A DNA stretch of 64,000 nucleotides. It comes from Planctomycetota bacterium (GTDB taxonomy: Bacteria > Planctomycetota > PLA2 > JAEUHO01). The stretch spans positions 175,169 through 239,168 of the forward strand of contig JACKGW010000003.1 in the NCBI GenBank assembly GCA_020631815.1. The letters run 5' to 3'. The position numbers were made by a program, and so were the translations under genes. Below the pieces are notes generated by a model. The model was not told the origin of the DNA, searched no databases, and saw only the letters and a list, made by a program, of their open reading frames with translations. Shown piece by piece: positions 1 through 9,269 of this stretch. How positions within the stretch are numbered: position 1 is the first letter of the stretch; each line of letters begins with the position of its first letter.

Positions 1-1307
1 ATCACGAACGTGTCGACCATCGTGAGCGCGTTGCCCGCGCCGATCGTGAAGCCGAGCTTGGCGAACGCGTGCTGCCCGCGCTCGTTGGGCACCGTCGTGC
101 TGAAGGCGTGCACGTTGACGGTGAACGAACCGTAGCGACGCGGGAGGCCGGAGATCGCGCCCGCCTGGCCACCGTCTTCGGTCAGGTACAGACCTTCGGA
201 CGGCGCCGGGTAGTAGGGGCCGCTTGCCGCCGGCGCCGGGTAGCTGGCCGCCGTCAGCTTGTTGCTGGCGCCGCCGGTGGTCGCCACCGTGAAGCCGCTT
301 GACGACGGGAAGGTCGGCGCCGCGGGAGGCGCCCACGTCCAAGTACTGCTCGTGTTGTCGAGCACCGTCGGCGCGTCGGCCGTGAGCTCGAAGCGGAACG
401 GCGGCACGCCGTCCACGATCTGCACGACGTCACCGTAGAGCACGCCCGCCGTGCCGCTCGCGAGGGCCGCGGAGCCCACGATCATCGGCGGCGTATCGAT
501 CTTCCATTGGAACTTGCGCACGGTGCTCTGACCGACGCTGTCCGTGGCGCGCACGGTCATGCGGAACGGCTTGCCGCCGCTGCCGACTTGCTGGGGCGAG
601 CCCACGATGCTGCACGAGGCCGGCGGCATGACCATGCCGAAGGGCAGGCCCGTGTCGTCGTTGGCGTCCGCCGGGTCGTCCAGGATGGCGCACGTGTACG
701 GGCCGACGCCGCCCGCCACGACGAACGTCAGGCTCGTGAAGGAGCCGTAGACCGTCTTGGGCAGGGCGTCGACGTCCGGGTACTTGAGCGGGTCGTCGTA
801 GGCCGCCACCGGAATGGCGCCGGGCGTCGTGCCGACGATCGTCACGGCCCCTTGCGAGACCACCCACGTGAAATCGGCCATCGTCGAGGCGGCCGGGCGG
901 CAGCCGCGATCGAGGATCTCGAGGCGGAAGGTCGCCGTCCCGTCCTTCAGGGCCGTACCCACGAGGTGGTGCCGGTGCGCCGCCGGGTTGCCGGGGCCGT
1001 CGATGTTGGCCTGGCGATCGTCGATCGAGATGCCGAGCGGCAGCGCGCCGCCGACGAGGCGAACCGAGTACGGACCACCGCAGCCGCCCTGGATCGGCAG
1101 CATGTGGCCGTCACCGGGCAGCGCCTGGCCCGAGGCGAGCTGGGGCAGCAGGGTGCTCGAGACCTGGATGGAGGGGGTGCTTCCGGCGTGCCCCCCACCG
1201 CCTCCCCCACCGCAGGCGGGGACCGTCAGCAAGAGAGCAGCCGCCGCAAGGAGCGCCGTCAGGCGCCCGCTTCGACTTCCCTTCCTGCACATCGACTGGT
1301 GCTTCAT
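1..1307 (-). CDS. Giant secreted lipoprotein, paralog 1 (N-terminal ~435 codons; the rest lies beyond the window start)
   Basis: Hand translation of the minus strand from ATG 1307, with AAGGAG 7 nt upstream, gives MKHQSMCRKGSRSGRLTALLAAAALLLTVPAC-GGGGGG (lipobox). About 70% identical by eye to the N-terminus of the 6419 gene. Missing from the ORF track because it runs off the window edge. Confidence 0.8.
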   Translation of the reverse strand, partial: MKHQSMCRKGSRSGRLTALLAAAALLLTVPACGGGGGGGHAGSTPSIQVSSTLLPQLASGQALPGDGHMLPIQGGCGGPYSVRLVGGALPLGISIDDRQANIDGPGNPAAHRHHLVGTALKDGTATFRLEILDRGCRPAASTMADFTWVVSQGAVTIVGTTPGAIPVAAYDDPLKYPDVDALPKTVYGSFTSLTFVVAGGVGPYTCAILDDPADANDDTGLPFGMVMPPASCSIVGSPQQVGSGGKPFRMTVRATDSVGQSTVRKFQWKIDTPPMIVGSAALASGTAGVLYGDVVQIVDGVPPFRFELTADAPTVLDNTSSTWTWAPPAAPTFPSSSGFTVATTGGASNKLTAASYPAPAASGPYYPAPSEGLYLTEDGGQAGAISGLPRRYGSFTVNVHAFSTTVPNERGQHAFAKLGFTIGAGNALTMVDTFV

Positions 1308-1786
1308 GTTCGCTCCTTCACTCGCAAGGCCCGGGACGCTTCGTCCCGGTTGATCGACACGTGCCAAGAGGGCTGCAACGCGACTGCGAAGTCGGGCTTG
1401 GCGGCGCAAGAGCGGGCACACGTTCCCCAGGGTCGCGGCGGTGTTCGACCGTCGTGGAGCCCAGAGGGATTCGATGTTCCGGGCTCGAGGGGGAAGCGCG
1501 CCGCGCGGTGCGGCGGGAGACCAAAGCGCAGGGCGTTCGCCCAGACGGGGGTCTGGCGAGGTCCGTCTCGTGGACCCGGACATCCTCTCGGGCGGCTGGG
1601 GCGCACGATGCGCCCCGCGCCGCGGTCTACGGAGGCAAGCGCCGTACCAGCGATCGACGATTGCCATGGGGATCGGAAATCAGGCTTCCACGGCATCGGC
1701 CTCCGGGCAGCAGGTCCCGGCCGTGGGCGCATGCACGGTGCGGCGCCCGGTGCGAACTCGCACGTGGGAACAGGGATCTCCTCCCC

Positions 1787-1825
1787 AAAACGAAGCGTCC
1801 CCGGCCAGGCGAAACCTGGCCGGGG
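1787..1825 (-). terminator. Probable intrinsic terminator after the 1873 stop
   Basis: Perfect 11-bp stem CCCCGGCCAGG (1799-1809) / CCTGGCCGGGG (1815-1825) with a 5-nt loop. On the minus strand it is followed by ACGCTTCGTTTTGGGG. It starts 48 nt downstream of the stop codon. Confidence 0.5.
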
Positions 1826-1872
1826 AACAGGGGCCCCGCGGAACTCCGCAGGGCCGCCGGGGGGGAAGGCGG

Positions 1873-4800
1873 TCAGCGACCGGCGTGCAGGATGTTGTCG
1901 CGGGTGCCCGTGCCGAACCGGGTGGTGGTCCCGGAACCGACGTTGCCCGACCCATCGATGCGCGGGGCCGCAACCGTGCGCGCGTTCTCGTCCGTGGCCG
2001 AGGGCCCGAACGAGTAGTACACGCGCTGCCCGTCCGTGCCGAAGGCGACCGAGCTGCCCGCACGGCCCTGGGCCGTCCCCACCTGCCCGGTGAGCGTGCC
2101 CTCGCTGCCCTCGAGGTGCGTCTGGACCTTGTTGACCAGCGCCCCCGTGGTCGGGTTCAGCTGGATGCTGGCGACGTAGCCGATGCCCTCGGTGCTGGGG
2201 TTGGCCAGGTACTCCGAGGTGCTTCCGCTGCTACCGATGTCGTACACGAAGATCAGGCGATCGCCCGCGTCGGTCGGCTCGATGAAGTGGATGCCACGCC
2301 CGCGGGGCGCCGTCAGGGTGCCGTCGTTGGGGAAGGTCGTCAAGCGCTGGATGGCGCCGCCGACGTTCGACGAGAAGCACTCGATGTGGCCCGCGTCCTT
2401 CAGGTACGAGCTGTTGTACGCAATCGTGTAGGCGAAGCCGTACGACGTGCTCGTGCCGGTCGTGTAGCGCGCGCTATGGGTGGCGAAGAACACGATGCCC
2501 GTGTCCTTGGCCATCTTGATGCGCGCCAGGTCGGCCGCCGAGGGTCCGAGGTACGAGAGCATGCCGCCGTAGTACATGCCGGGGTTGGAGTACTGGCCGA
2601 ACATGCCGCGCTGCGTGGGCCAGTTCGCCAAGGCAAAGCCCGAGGTGGGCGCATTGCCGTTGATCGTGGTCGTCATGGTGTTGATGCCGACCAAGCGGTA
2701 GCACGTGCTGTTCGACGACGAGATCGGGTGACCCGCGCACACGTACAGGAAGCGACCGTCCTGGGACCAGAAGCCGCCCATCGGCGTGATCGTGCCCCAG
2801 TTCGTGCTGTTGGTACCCGCCGTCGGGTTGAACGCCGAGCTGGAGGTGTACGTGTTGGAACCCGTACCGCCCGCATCCGTCGGCATCAGCGACCGCACCT
2901 GCGTCGGGTTGGTGTAGTCGTACATGTAGTACGTGCCACCCACCCAGCACGAGGCGTTGTAGACGCTGGTCGTCCAGTACGCGTAGTCGTTCGTGCCGTT
3001 CCCGTCGAGCAGGCTCTTGCCGCCGAAGAAGAACAGCCGGTTGCCGTCACGGGAGAAGGACAGGCCGCCGAAGCGCCAGAAGTGGGTCCCGCCGAAGTAG
3101 GCCGACGTCACGGCCTGCTCGGTCACCGACGCCCAGCTGTTCGTCGTGGAGATGGACACGACGTCCATCCGGTAGCTGATCCACTCCAGGTTGTAGTACG
3201 TCTGGTACGAGCTGTAGTAGTAGCTCTGGTTCAGCGACGGCGCGGTCGAGTACGTGTACGCGACCCGGTTGCCGTCATCCGAGATCTCCAGACCACCACT
3301 CGGCCCTTCATGCTTGCCCCACTGGGCCATGCCGCCGTAGTTGTAGTACGCGTTGCCGAAGCGCACGCGGTGGGCACGGGCGCCGCCGTACACGGCCTTG
3401 CGGGCGGTCGAGCTGATCTGCTGGAAGCCCGCACCGTTCTTGTCCACGTAGGCGTGGAAGGAAAACGCCGTCGAGCCAGCCACGGCGCCGTTGTACGCAC
3501 CCGCGATCAGGGCGCACGTCGAGCCGTCCGCACTGACCCGGAACGGGATGGGCGCAGCTTCGTCTTCGTGGCGGTTCGTGGCGGCGCAGCTGTGGTAGGC
3601 GTAGTAGTTGGTGTAGACCGTCGTGCCGTTCCACGTACCGGAGTAGTAGGACGTACCGTACGTGTGGTACGGCAGGCTCATGTAGGACGCCGACGCGTTG
3701 CTGGGCAGGCCCGGCGCGTACTGCGCCACGCCCGTGCCCGTCAGGATCGGCTCGCGGAACACGTTGTGCTGGAGCCAGCCGTACTGGTAGGCGGGGTTGT
3801 TCACGTTCCCCAGCACGTACAGGTGGCTGTTGGTCAGCGTGATCGAGTCCGCCATGAGGTAGCGGCTCGTGTTGGGCATGGTCACGATGCGGTAGTTGAG
3901 GCCGCCGAACGGCTTGGCGCCCGACAGGTCCATGAGCACGATGGCCGACTGGCTCGTGAGCTCGTACTGGTTGGTCGGGCTGGCCATGACCTTCATGGCC
4001 GCGAAGCGGCCGTTGGGCGAGACACCCATGTGCGTCATGCGCAGCGGGCTGTAGGTGGGAGCGCCAGCACCCGTGCCCTGCAGCGGGGCAAGGCAGTAGT
4101 CGCCGAAGCCCTGGTACGAGCCCTTCTGGAGCGCGAACGGCACGTAGATCTTGCCGTCGTTGCGCACGATGAACACGCCGAAGTGCGTGTCGTTCTCGAA
4201 CGGGTACAGCTTGCCGCCGTCCGTGTAGAGGCCGTTGCCGAGGTCAGCCGTCACGCTGCCGTCGACGATGTCGGGCAGGGCCACGGCGGTGGTCTCGGGG
4301 TTGGGGGAGTAGCAGTAGTACTCGTTGCCGTAGTACTCGTAGTAGGCCCTGCCGCCGTCGGCGTGCTGGAAGGCACGCGCCGCCTTGGGGTTGAGCTGGA
4401 ACGAGTCGTTCCACCAGCCCGTGGCGTTGACGTAGCAGCGCATGAGGTCGGAGCCGCCCGCATCACGGCCGGTGCCCGCGTAGCTGGCCTTGCCGACACC
4501 CGAGAGAAGACGACCCAGCGGGTTCGTCAGGGCGTTCAGGTTGGCCGCGGGGGGGACGATCTGCGTGGCGGCCATGTCCGAGCCGTCCAACGGCGAGCGC
4601 TGGGCGACGTTGTTCACGATCTGCAGCTTCTTGATGAACATCGAGTCGTTGTGCAGCGTGCTGTCGTACTGGCTGCCCGTGATGATCACGGACGACTGAC
4701 GGCTCTCCGTCAGGATGACCACGTCCGGCCCGACCGAGAGGGCCATCTCGTTCGTGTCGACTTGCGGGCTCGGCAGGCGACGGTCGGCGACCGCCACCTC

Positions 4801-5346
4801 GATCACCTGGCGGCCCTGACGGATCAGGTCCAAGCCGCCGTTGGTCGTGAAGATGCGACCCGTGATCGCGAAGTCGATGTCCGTCGGGCGCCCGGCCGGC
4901 GTGTTGGACGGATGCCAGCCCTGCGAGCGCGAGTCCCACGACACGATCGACCAGTCGTACGTGCCGGCGACCTCACCGAGGTCGAGCGCGCGCTGGTTCT
5001 TGTGCGGCGCGTCGGTCCAGCCATCGAACGGCACACCGCCCTGGGCGACCATCTGGGTCGTCCGCGGCTGCAGGACCTCGAACTCGGGCAGCGTGCCCAC
5101 GCCGTCCGGCGTGTTGGCCAAGAAGGAGTTGCTGCCATTGCCGTCGATCAGGAACGAGTCGACCATGACGAGCGGCACGCCGCTGGCGATGTCGAACTGG
5201 TACTGGGCGAAGGCGTGCTGGCCGCGCTCGTTGGGGACGGTCGCGCTGTACGCGTGGACGTTGATCGTGAAGCTGCCGTAGCGGCGGGGCACACCGCTGA
5301 TGGCGCCCGCTTGGCCGCCGTCCTCGGTGATGAAGAGGCCCTCGGG
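1873..5346 (-). CDS. Giant lipoprotein paralog 2, C-terminal frame segment (Tyr/Gly/Ser-rich, PD40/TolB-like beta-propeller repeats)
   Basis: This frame is open 1873..5760. Homology to paralog 1 begins at EGLFITEDGGQAGAISGVPRRYGSF, immediately after the G7 run at 5344-5350. Recurrent x-DG-x blade motifs: VSPNGRFAAMKV, ISDDGNRVAYTY, FSRDGNRLFFFG, WSQDGRFLYVCA. Confidence 0.8.
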   Translation of the reverse strand, partial: PEGLFITEDGGQAGAISGVPRRYGSFTINVHAYSATVPNERGQHAFAQYQFDIASGVPLVMVDSFLIDGNGSNSFLANTPDGVGTLPEFEVLQPRTTQMVAQGGVPFDGWTDAPHKNQRALDLGEVAGTYDWSIVSWDSRSQGWHPSNTPAGRPTDIDFAITGRIFTTNGGLDLIRQGRQVIEVAVADRRLPSPQVDTNEMALSVGPDVVILTESRQSSVIITGSQYDSTLHNDSMFIKKLQIVNNVAQRSPLDGSDMAATQIVPPAANLNALTNPLGRLLSGVGKASYAGTGRDAGGSDLMRCYVNATGWWNDSFQLNPKAARAFQHADGGRAYYEYYGNEYYCYSPNPETTAVALPDIVDGSVTADLGNGLYTDGGKLYPFENDTHFGVFIVRNDGKIYVPFALQKGSYQGFGDYCLAPLQGTGAGAPTYSPLRMTHMGVSPNGRFAAMKVMASPTNQYELTSQSAIVLMDLSGAKPFGGLNYRIVTMPNTSRYLMADSITLTNSHLYVLGNVNNPAYQYGWLQHNVFREPILTGTGVAQYAPGLPSNASASYMSLPYHTYGTSYYSGTWNGTTVYTNYYAYHSCAATNRHEDEAAPIPFRVSADGSTCALIAGAYNGAVAGSTAFSFHAYVDKNGAGFQQISSTARKAVYGGARAHRVRFGNAYYNYGGMAQWGKHEGPSGGLEISDDGNRVAYTYSTAPSLNQSYYYSSYQTYYNLEWISYRMDVVSISTTNSWASVTEQAVTSAYFGGTHFWRFGGLSFSRDGNRLFFFGGKSLLDGNGTNDYAYWTTSVYNASCWVGGTYYMYDYTNPTQVRSLMPTDAGGTGSNTYTSSSAFNPTAGTNSTNWGTITPMGGFWSQDGRFLYVCAGHPISSSNSTCYRLVGINTMTTTINGNAPTSGFALANWPTQRGMFGQYSNPGMYYGGMLSYLGPSAADLARIKMAKDTGIVFFATHSARYTTGTSTSYGFAYTIAYNSSYLKDAGHIECFSSNVGGAIQRLTTFPNDGTLTAPRGRGIHFIEPTDAGDRLIFVYDIGSSGSTSEYLANPSTEGIGYVASIQLNPTTGALVNKVQTHLEGSEGTLTGQVGTAQGRAGSSVAFGTDGQRVYYSFGPSATDENARTVAAPRIDGSGNVGSGTTTRFGTGTRDNILHAGR

Positions 5347-6419
5347 GGGGCCGGGTAGTAGGGACCCAGGGCAGCAGGCGCCGGGTAGGAAGCAGGCGTC
5401 AGCTTGTTGCTGGCCTGGCCCGTGTTGGAGACGGTGAAGCCGCTGATCGAGGGGAATAGCGGAGCGGCCGGCGGGTTGTACGTCCACCCCGGACCGACGT
5501 TGTCGAGGTCCGTGGGGAGGTCCGCCGTCAGCTCGAACTTGAACGGCGGCACGCCGTCCACGATCTGGATGGCGTCGCCGTAGACCGCGCCCGCCACGCC
5601 GTCGGTGATGTCCGCCGAGCCCACGATCATGGGCGGCGTGTCGATCTTCCACTGGAACTTGCGCACGGCGCTCTGGCCGACGCTGTCCGTGGCGCGCAGC
5701 GTGAAGCGGAACGGGCGTCCGCCGTTGCCCACCTGCTGGGGCGAGCCGACGAGGCTGCACGAGGAGGGGGGCATGACCACGCCGAAGGGCAGGCCGTCGT
5801 CGTCGTCCGGGTCGGCCGGGTCGTCGATGATGGCGCAGACGTAGGGGCCGACGCCACCGGCGACGATGAAGTTGATGCTGCTGAAGCTGCCGTAGACGGT
5901 CTTCTGCAGGGCGTCGACGTCGGTGTACTTGAGCGGGTCGCTGTACTGGGCGACCGGGATGATCGAGGGCGTCGCGCCCAGGATGGCCACCACGCCCCGC
6001 GTCACGGACCAGCTGAAGTCGGCCGTGGTGGAGACCGCCGGGCGGCAGCCGCGATCGAGGACCTCCAACCGGAAGCTGAACGTGCCGTCCTCCAGGGCGG
6101 AGCCCACCAGGTGGTGGCGGTGCTCGGCCGGGATGCCGGGGCCGTCCAGGTTGGCCTGGCGGTCGTCGATCGAGATGCCGTCAGGCATGTTTCCGCTGAT
6201 GAGCCGGACGACGTAGGGACCGCCGCATCCGCCGGTGATCGGCAGTGCGTAGCCGTCGCCGGGCAGGCCCTGCCCCGAGCTCAGAAGCGGCAGGAGGGTG
6301 CTGGACAGGCCGATGGACGGGGTCGTGCCGCCGCCACCGCTTCCGCCGCCACCGCACGCGGTGGCCGCGACGAGCATCGCCAACAGCGAGAGGCTCTGGA
6401 CCGTGGACTTCATTCGCAT
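5148..6419 (-). CDS. Giant lipoprotein paralog 2, N-terminal frame segment (signal peptide/lipobox plus Ig-like region); same gene as 1873..5346, broken by a frameshift
   Basis: ATG 6419 with AGGGAG upstream gives MRMKSTVQSLSLLAMLVAATAC-GGGGSGGGG. The sequence is meaningful down to ...GPYYPAPP at about 5347. After that this frame reads Arg/Ser/Ala-rich nonsense until the stop at 5148. Confidence 0.8.
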   Translation of the reverse strand: MRMKSTVQSLSLLAMLVAATACGGGGSGGGGTTPSIGLSSTLLPLLSSGQGLPGDGYALPITGGCGGPYVVRLISGNMPDGISIDDRQANLDGPGIPAEHRHHLVGSALEDGTFSFRLEVLDRGCRPAVSTTADFSWSVTRGVVAILGATPSIIPVAQYSDPLKYTDVDALQKTVYGSFSSINFIVAGGVGPYVCAIIDDPADPDDDDGLPFGVVMPPSSCSLVGSPQQVGNGGRPFRFTLRATDSVGQSAVRKFQWKIDTPPMIVGSADITDGVAGAVYGDAIQIVDGVPPFKFELTADLPTDLDNVGPGWTYNPPAAPLFPSISGFTVSNTGQASNKLTPASYPAPAALGPYYPAPPRASSSPRTAAKRAPSAVCPAATAASRSTSTRTARPSPTSAASTPSPSTSSTSPAACRSSWSTRS

Positions 6420-7105
6420 GGTCGCTCCCTGGGATCCTTCGCGCGGGCGCTTCTGGCGCCTCGCTTCGCGAGGAGACGAGCCGGCACTGCCAAGCTCGCG
6501 CGCGGAGAAAGGCAGCAAGGGAAGTGCCTGATCCGCGGCGTTCGAGCTGCCCGAGAACCACCCGGAAACACCCTATCCACCCCCGAATTCAGCACTTTCC
6601 TGCCGCGTCCCCTCGATGTCTGAGGCGCCCGATCTGCCCCTGGCAAGCCGCTTGTCGCCCGCCGATTCTTGGCCGGGGAGCAGCCACGAGCCGCACGCCG
6701 GACACGCCAGACGTCGGGCCTGCGCAGCGCTCGCGCTCTCGAGATGGGTCGGGCCCCGACCGTCGCGACGAAACCGCTTCCGACCCTGCCAAGCCGTCTG
6801 CTGATCACCGCATTTCCATGAGCCGCGTCGAGGTTGGATACGCGCGGATCACACTGCTTCCCAATCGCCCCACCAGATTTTGGCAGGCGCCATCGGCCCG
6901 TAGCCGCGGTGCGTCACCACGACGCCGCAAGGTGCGTCAAGCCGCCGCAGCATGGCGTGCGCTTCCGCACGGGCCGCGCATCGCCAATGCGGAGGACCGC
7001 GCACCGCCGCGGTCACGACGCCGCCGCTGGCGAGGGATCTGCGCGCGGCACCGGCGTACAATCCGCGCGGCACGCCGCGTGCCGTTCCCCACCCCGGAGA
7101 TCCCG

Positions 7106-7699
7106 ATGCCCGACGTTCGCTCGCCTCGCTTCCGACGCCCGCACCGCGCCCTGGGCTCGGCCCTGTTTGCGTGTGCGCTCTCCGCCTGTGGCGGCGGGGG
7201 CGGCGGCGGCGGGAGTCCTCCCCCGCCGTCCGGGGACTCCGTTCTGGCCGGTCGCGTGTTCCTCGATGCCAACGGCGACAAGGTCTACGACGTCGGAGAC
7301 GCCCTCGTGCAGGACGTCGAGGTCACGCTATGGGACGGGGACGCCTTCGTGGGGTCCACCCTGACGGATGCCAACGGGCAGTTCCGGCTGGACGAGTCGG
7401 TGCTGGCCCCGGCCCTTGTCCCTGGCGCCAGCTACGAGGTGCGCGTCCTGGTCGAGCAGCCCTCTCTGTTGACGGGCGCCGACCTGATCTACGGGATGGG
7501 CTGGATGCCCGGGGTGCTCGACACGCCCAACGCCGGCGTCGATGACGCGGTGGACAGCGATGCCGTCGAGGCAATGCGCAATGGCCAGACCCACGGCGTG
7601 ATCACCGCGACGGCTCCGGCGGCCGGCCAGACCGACGCCACGCTCGGCTTCGGCTTCCAGGGGGTTGCGCCCCCGCCGCCGCCCAAGCCCACGCGGTAG
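7106..7699 (+). CDS. Lipoprotein with SdrD B-like (Cna-B-type) domain
   Basis: ATG 7106 with GGAG upstream. Signal peptide with lipobox ...ALSAC-GGGGGGG. GRVFLDANGDKVYDVGDALVQDVEVTLWDG...TDANGQFRL matches the SdrD B-repeat pattern. Confidence 0.7.
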   Translation: MPDVRSPRFRRPHRALGSALFACALSACGGGGGGGGSPPPPSGDSVLAGRVFLDANGDKVYDVGDALVQDVEVTLWDGDAFVGSTLTDANGQFRLDESVLAPALVPGASYEVRVLVEQPSLLTGADLIYGMGWMPGVLDTPNAGVDDAVDSDAVEAMRNGQTHGVITATAPAAGQTDATLGFGFQGVAPPPPPKPTR

Positions 7700-7718
7700 C
7701 TCGTAGACCGTCCAGGCG

Positions 7719-9269
7719 TCAGCGGGCCGTCGCCAGCAAGGCGGCGGCGGCCTGCTCGGCCCACGTGTGGAACGGGCCCATGAAGACGCCCATCCCCACC
7801 ATGCCGATCATGCCCGCGATCAGGGCCAGACGGCTGGACAGCGGCACGTGGATGGGCCCGGCATCGAGCTCCGGATCGGGCTCCTTGAAGTACATCTCCT
7901 TCATCCACACGAAGTAGAAGTACAGGCCCACGATCACGGCGCCGGCGCCCAGGAAGGCCAGCGGCGTCAGCCCCTGGTCCACGAGCGCCTTGAGCACCAG
8001 GAACTTGGCGAAGAAGCCCGACATGGGCGGCACGCCGGCGAGCGACAGCAGGGCCAGCAGCATGGCCACGGCCAGGAACGGGGAGCGCTTCCAGAGCCCT
8101 CGCCACGCGCGCCCGCCGTGCTCGCCGCCCGAGGCCCCCGCGACCAGGACGATCACCGCGAACGCCGTGAGCCCGGTCAGCGCGTACGCCAGCAGGTAGA
8201 AGAGGATGGCCGTGGGCGGACCGTCGGCCGCACGCCCGGCGATCTCGGCCGAAGCCATCGCCGTGATGCCCATCAGCAGGTAGCCGGCGTGGCCGATACC
8301 GCTGTAGCCCATCATGCGCTTGATGTTGCGCTGGCCGAGGGCGCCCAGGCTGCCGAACAGCAGCGTGGCCGTCGCGATGACGGCCAGGATCGGAACCCAG
8401 GCCACGCCACCCGCGACGAAGGCGATGGTGCCGAAGCGCAGCAGGAGCACGAGACCCGCCGCCTTGCTGGCCGTGGCCAGGAAGGCCGTGACCGGGGTGG
8501 GCGCACCCTGGTAGACGTCCGGGATCCACACGTGGAAGGGCACGCCGCCGACCTTGAAGAGCAGGCCCACGAGCACGAGCACCAGGCCCAGGCCCAGGAA
8601 CACGCTCATCTCGCCACGCGCCAATGTGGCGGCCACGGCCTCGAAGGACAAGCTGCCCGCGTGCCCGTACACGAAGGCGATGCCCAGCAGGAGGAGGGCC
8701 GTCGAGACGGCGCCCACCACGAGGTACTTCAGGCCAGCCTCGGTGCTACGTGAGTCGTTGCGCCGGAACGCCGCGAGCACGTAGGCCATGATCGTGACCA
8801 GCTCGAGGCAGACGAAGAAGGACAGCAGGTCCTGGACGCCGCTCACGAGCATGACGCCGAGCAAGGCGAAGAGCAGCAGCGCCGTCATCTCGCCGTGGCC
8901 GCGGTCCATGCGCTGCAGGTAGCGCATCGACAGCAGCAGCAGGAGCATGCCCGTGACGAGGACCGTGCCCCGCACGTAGATCGAGAAGGCGTCGGACAGC
9001 CAGCCCGTGACGAGCACGTCCTGGACGACCCCGCCCACGCGAGCCGGGGCATGGACCGACAGGGCCAGGCCCGTCGGCGTGGCCGTGAGCAGCACGATGA
9101 GGGCAATCGCGAGCCCGAGGAACGCGGTGAGGCCCGAGGCCACGGCACGCCGACCGGCGGGCAGCAGGAGCTCGGTCACGATGGCCGCGAAGCCGGTGCC
9201 GGCCACGATGAGCTCGGGCAGCAGGCGGTCGAGGCCCAGCTGGGGCGGGACGGACGTGGCGGCGAGCAC
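7719..9269 (-). CDS. nuoN: NADH-quinone oxidoreductase subunit N
   Basis: 516-aa polytopic membrane protein in the last position of the nuo operon, with typical NuoN/ND2 sequence. GTG start overlaps the nuoM stop by 1 nt. Confidence 0.9.
   Translation of the reverse strand: MLAATSVPPQLGLDRLLPELIVAGTGFAAIVTELLLPAGRRAVASGLTAFLGLAIALIVLLTATPTGLALSVHAPARVGGVVQDVLVTGWLSDAFSIYVRGTVLVTGMLLLLLSMRYLQRMDRGHGEMTALLLFALLGVMLVSGVQDLLSFFVCLELVTIMAYVLAAFRRNDSRSTEAGLKYLVVGAVSTALLLLGIAFVYGHAGSLSFEAVAATLARGEMSVFLGLGLVLVLVGLLFKVGGVPFHVWIPDVYQGAPTPVTAFLATASKAAGLVLLLRFGTIAFVAGGVAWVPILAVIATATLLFGSLGALGQRNIKRMMGYSGIGHAGYLLMGITAMASAEIAGRAADGPPTAILFYLLAYALTGLTAFAVIVLVAGASGGEHGGRAWRGLWKRSPFLAVAMLLALLSLAGVPPMSGFFAKFLVLKALVDQGLTPLAFLGAGAVIVGLYFYFVWMKEMYFKEPDPELDAGPIHVPLSSRLALIAGMIGMVGMGVFMGPFHTWAEQAAAALLATAR

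Noticed and set aside
1826-1862. Weak resemblance of GGGGCCCCGCGGAACTCCGCAGGGCCGCCGG to the 39-nt repeat end (AGGGCCCCGAACCACGCCGGAATTCCGGCGCGGCG)
   Set aside because: The alignment needs several indels and the sequence is simple GC-rich. By eye it cannot be distinguished from chance. A genome-wide HMM of the repeat would settle it.
1441-5358. 1,305-aa plus-strand ORF antisense to the giant lipoprotein gene
   Set aside because: The translation is Arg/Ala/Gly/Val-rich nonsense with no motifs. The opposite strand encodes a protein corroborated by a paralog. Long antisense ORFs are expected at ~70% G+C because stop codons are rare.
6420-7105. 686-bp divergent intergenic region and the small ORFs inside it (for example 6589..6792 and 6616..6804)
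   Set aside because: The ORF translations are Arg/Pro/Ala-rich without signal peptides or motifs. I found no repeats or clear structures. The region is probably just two divergent promoter/leader regions.
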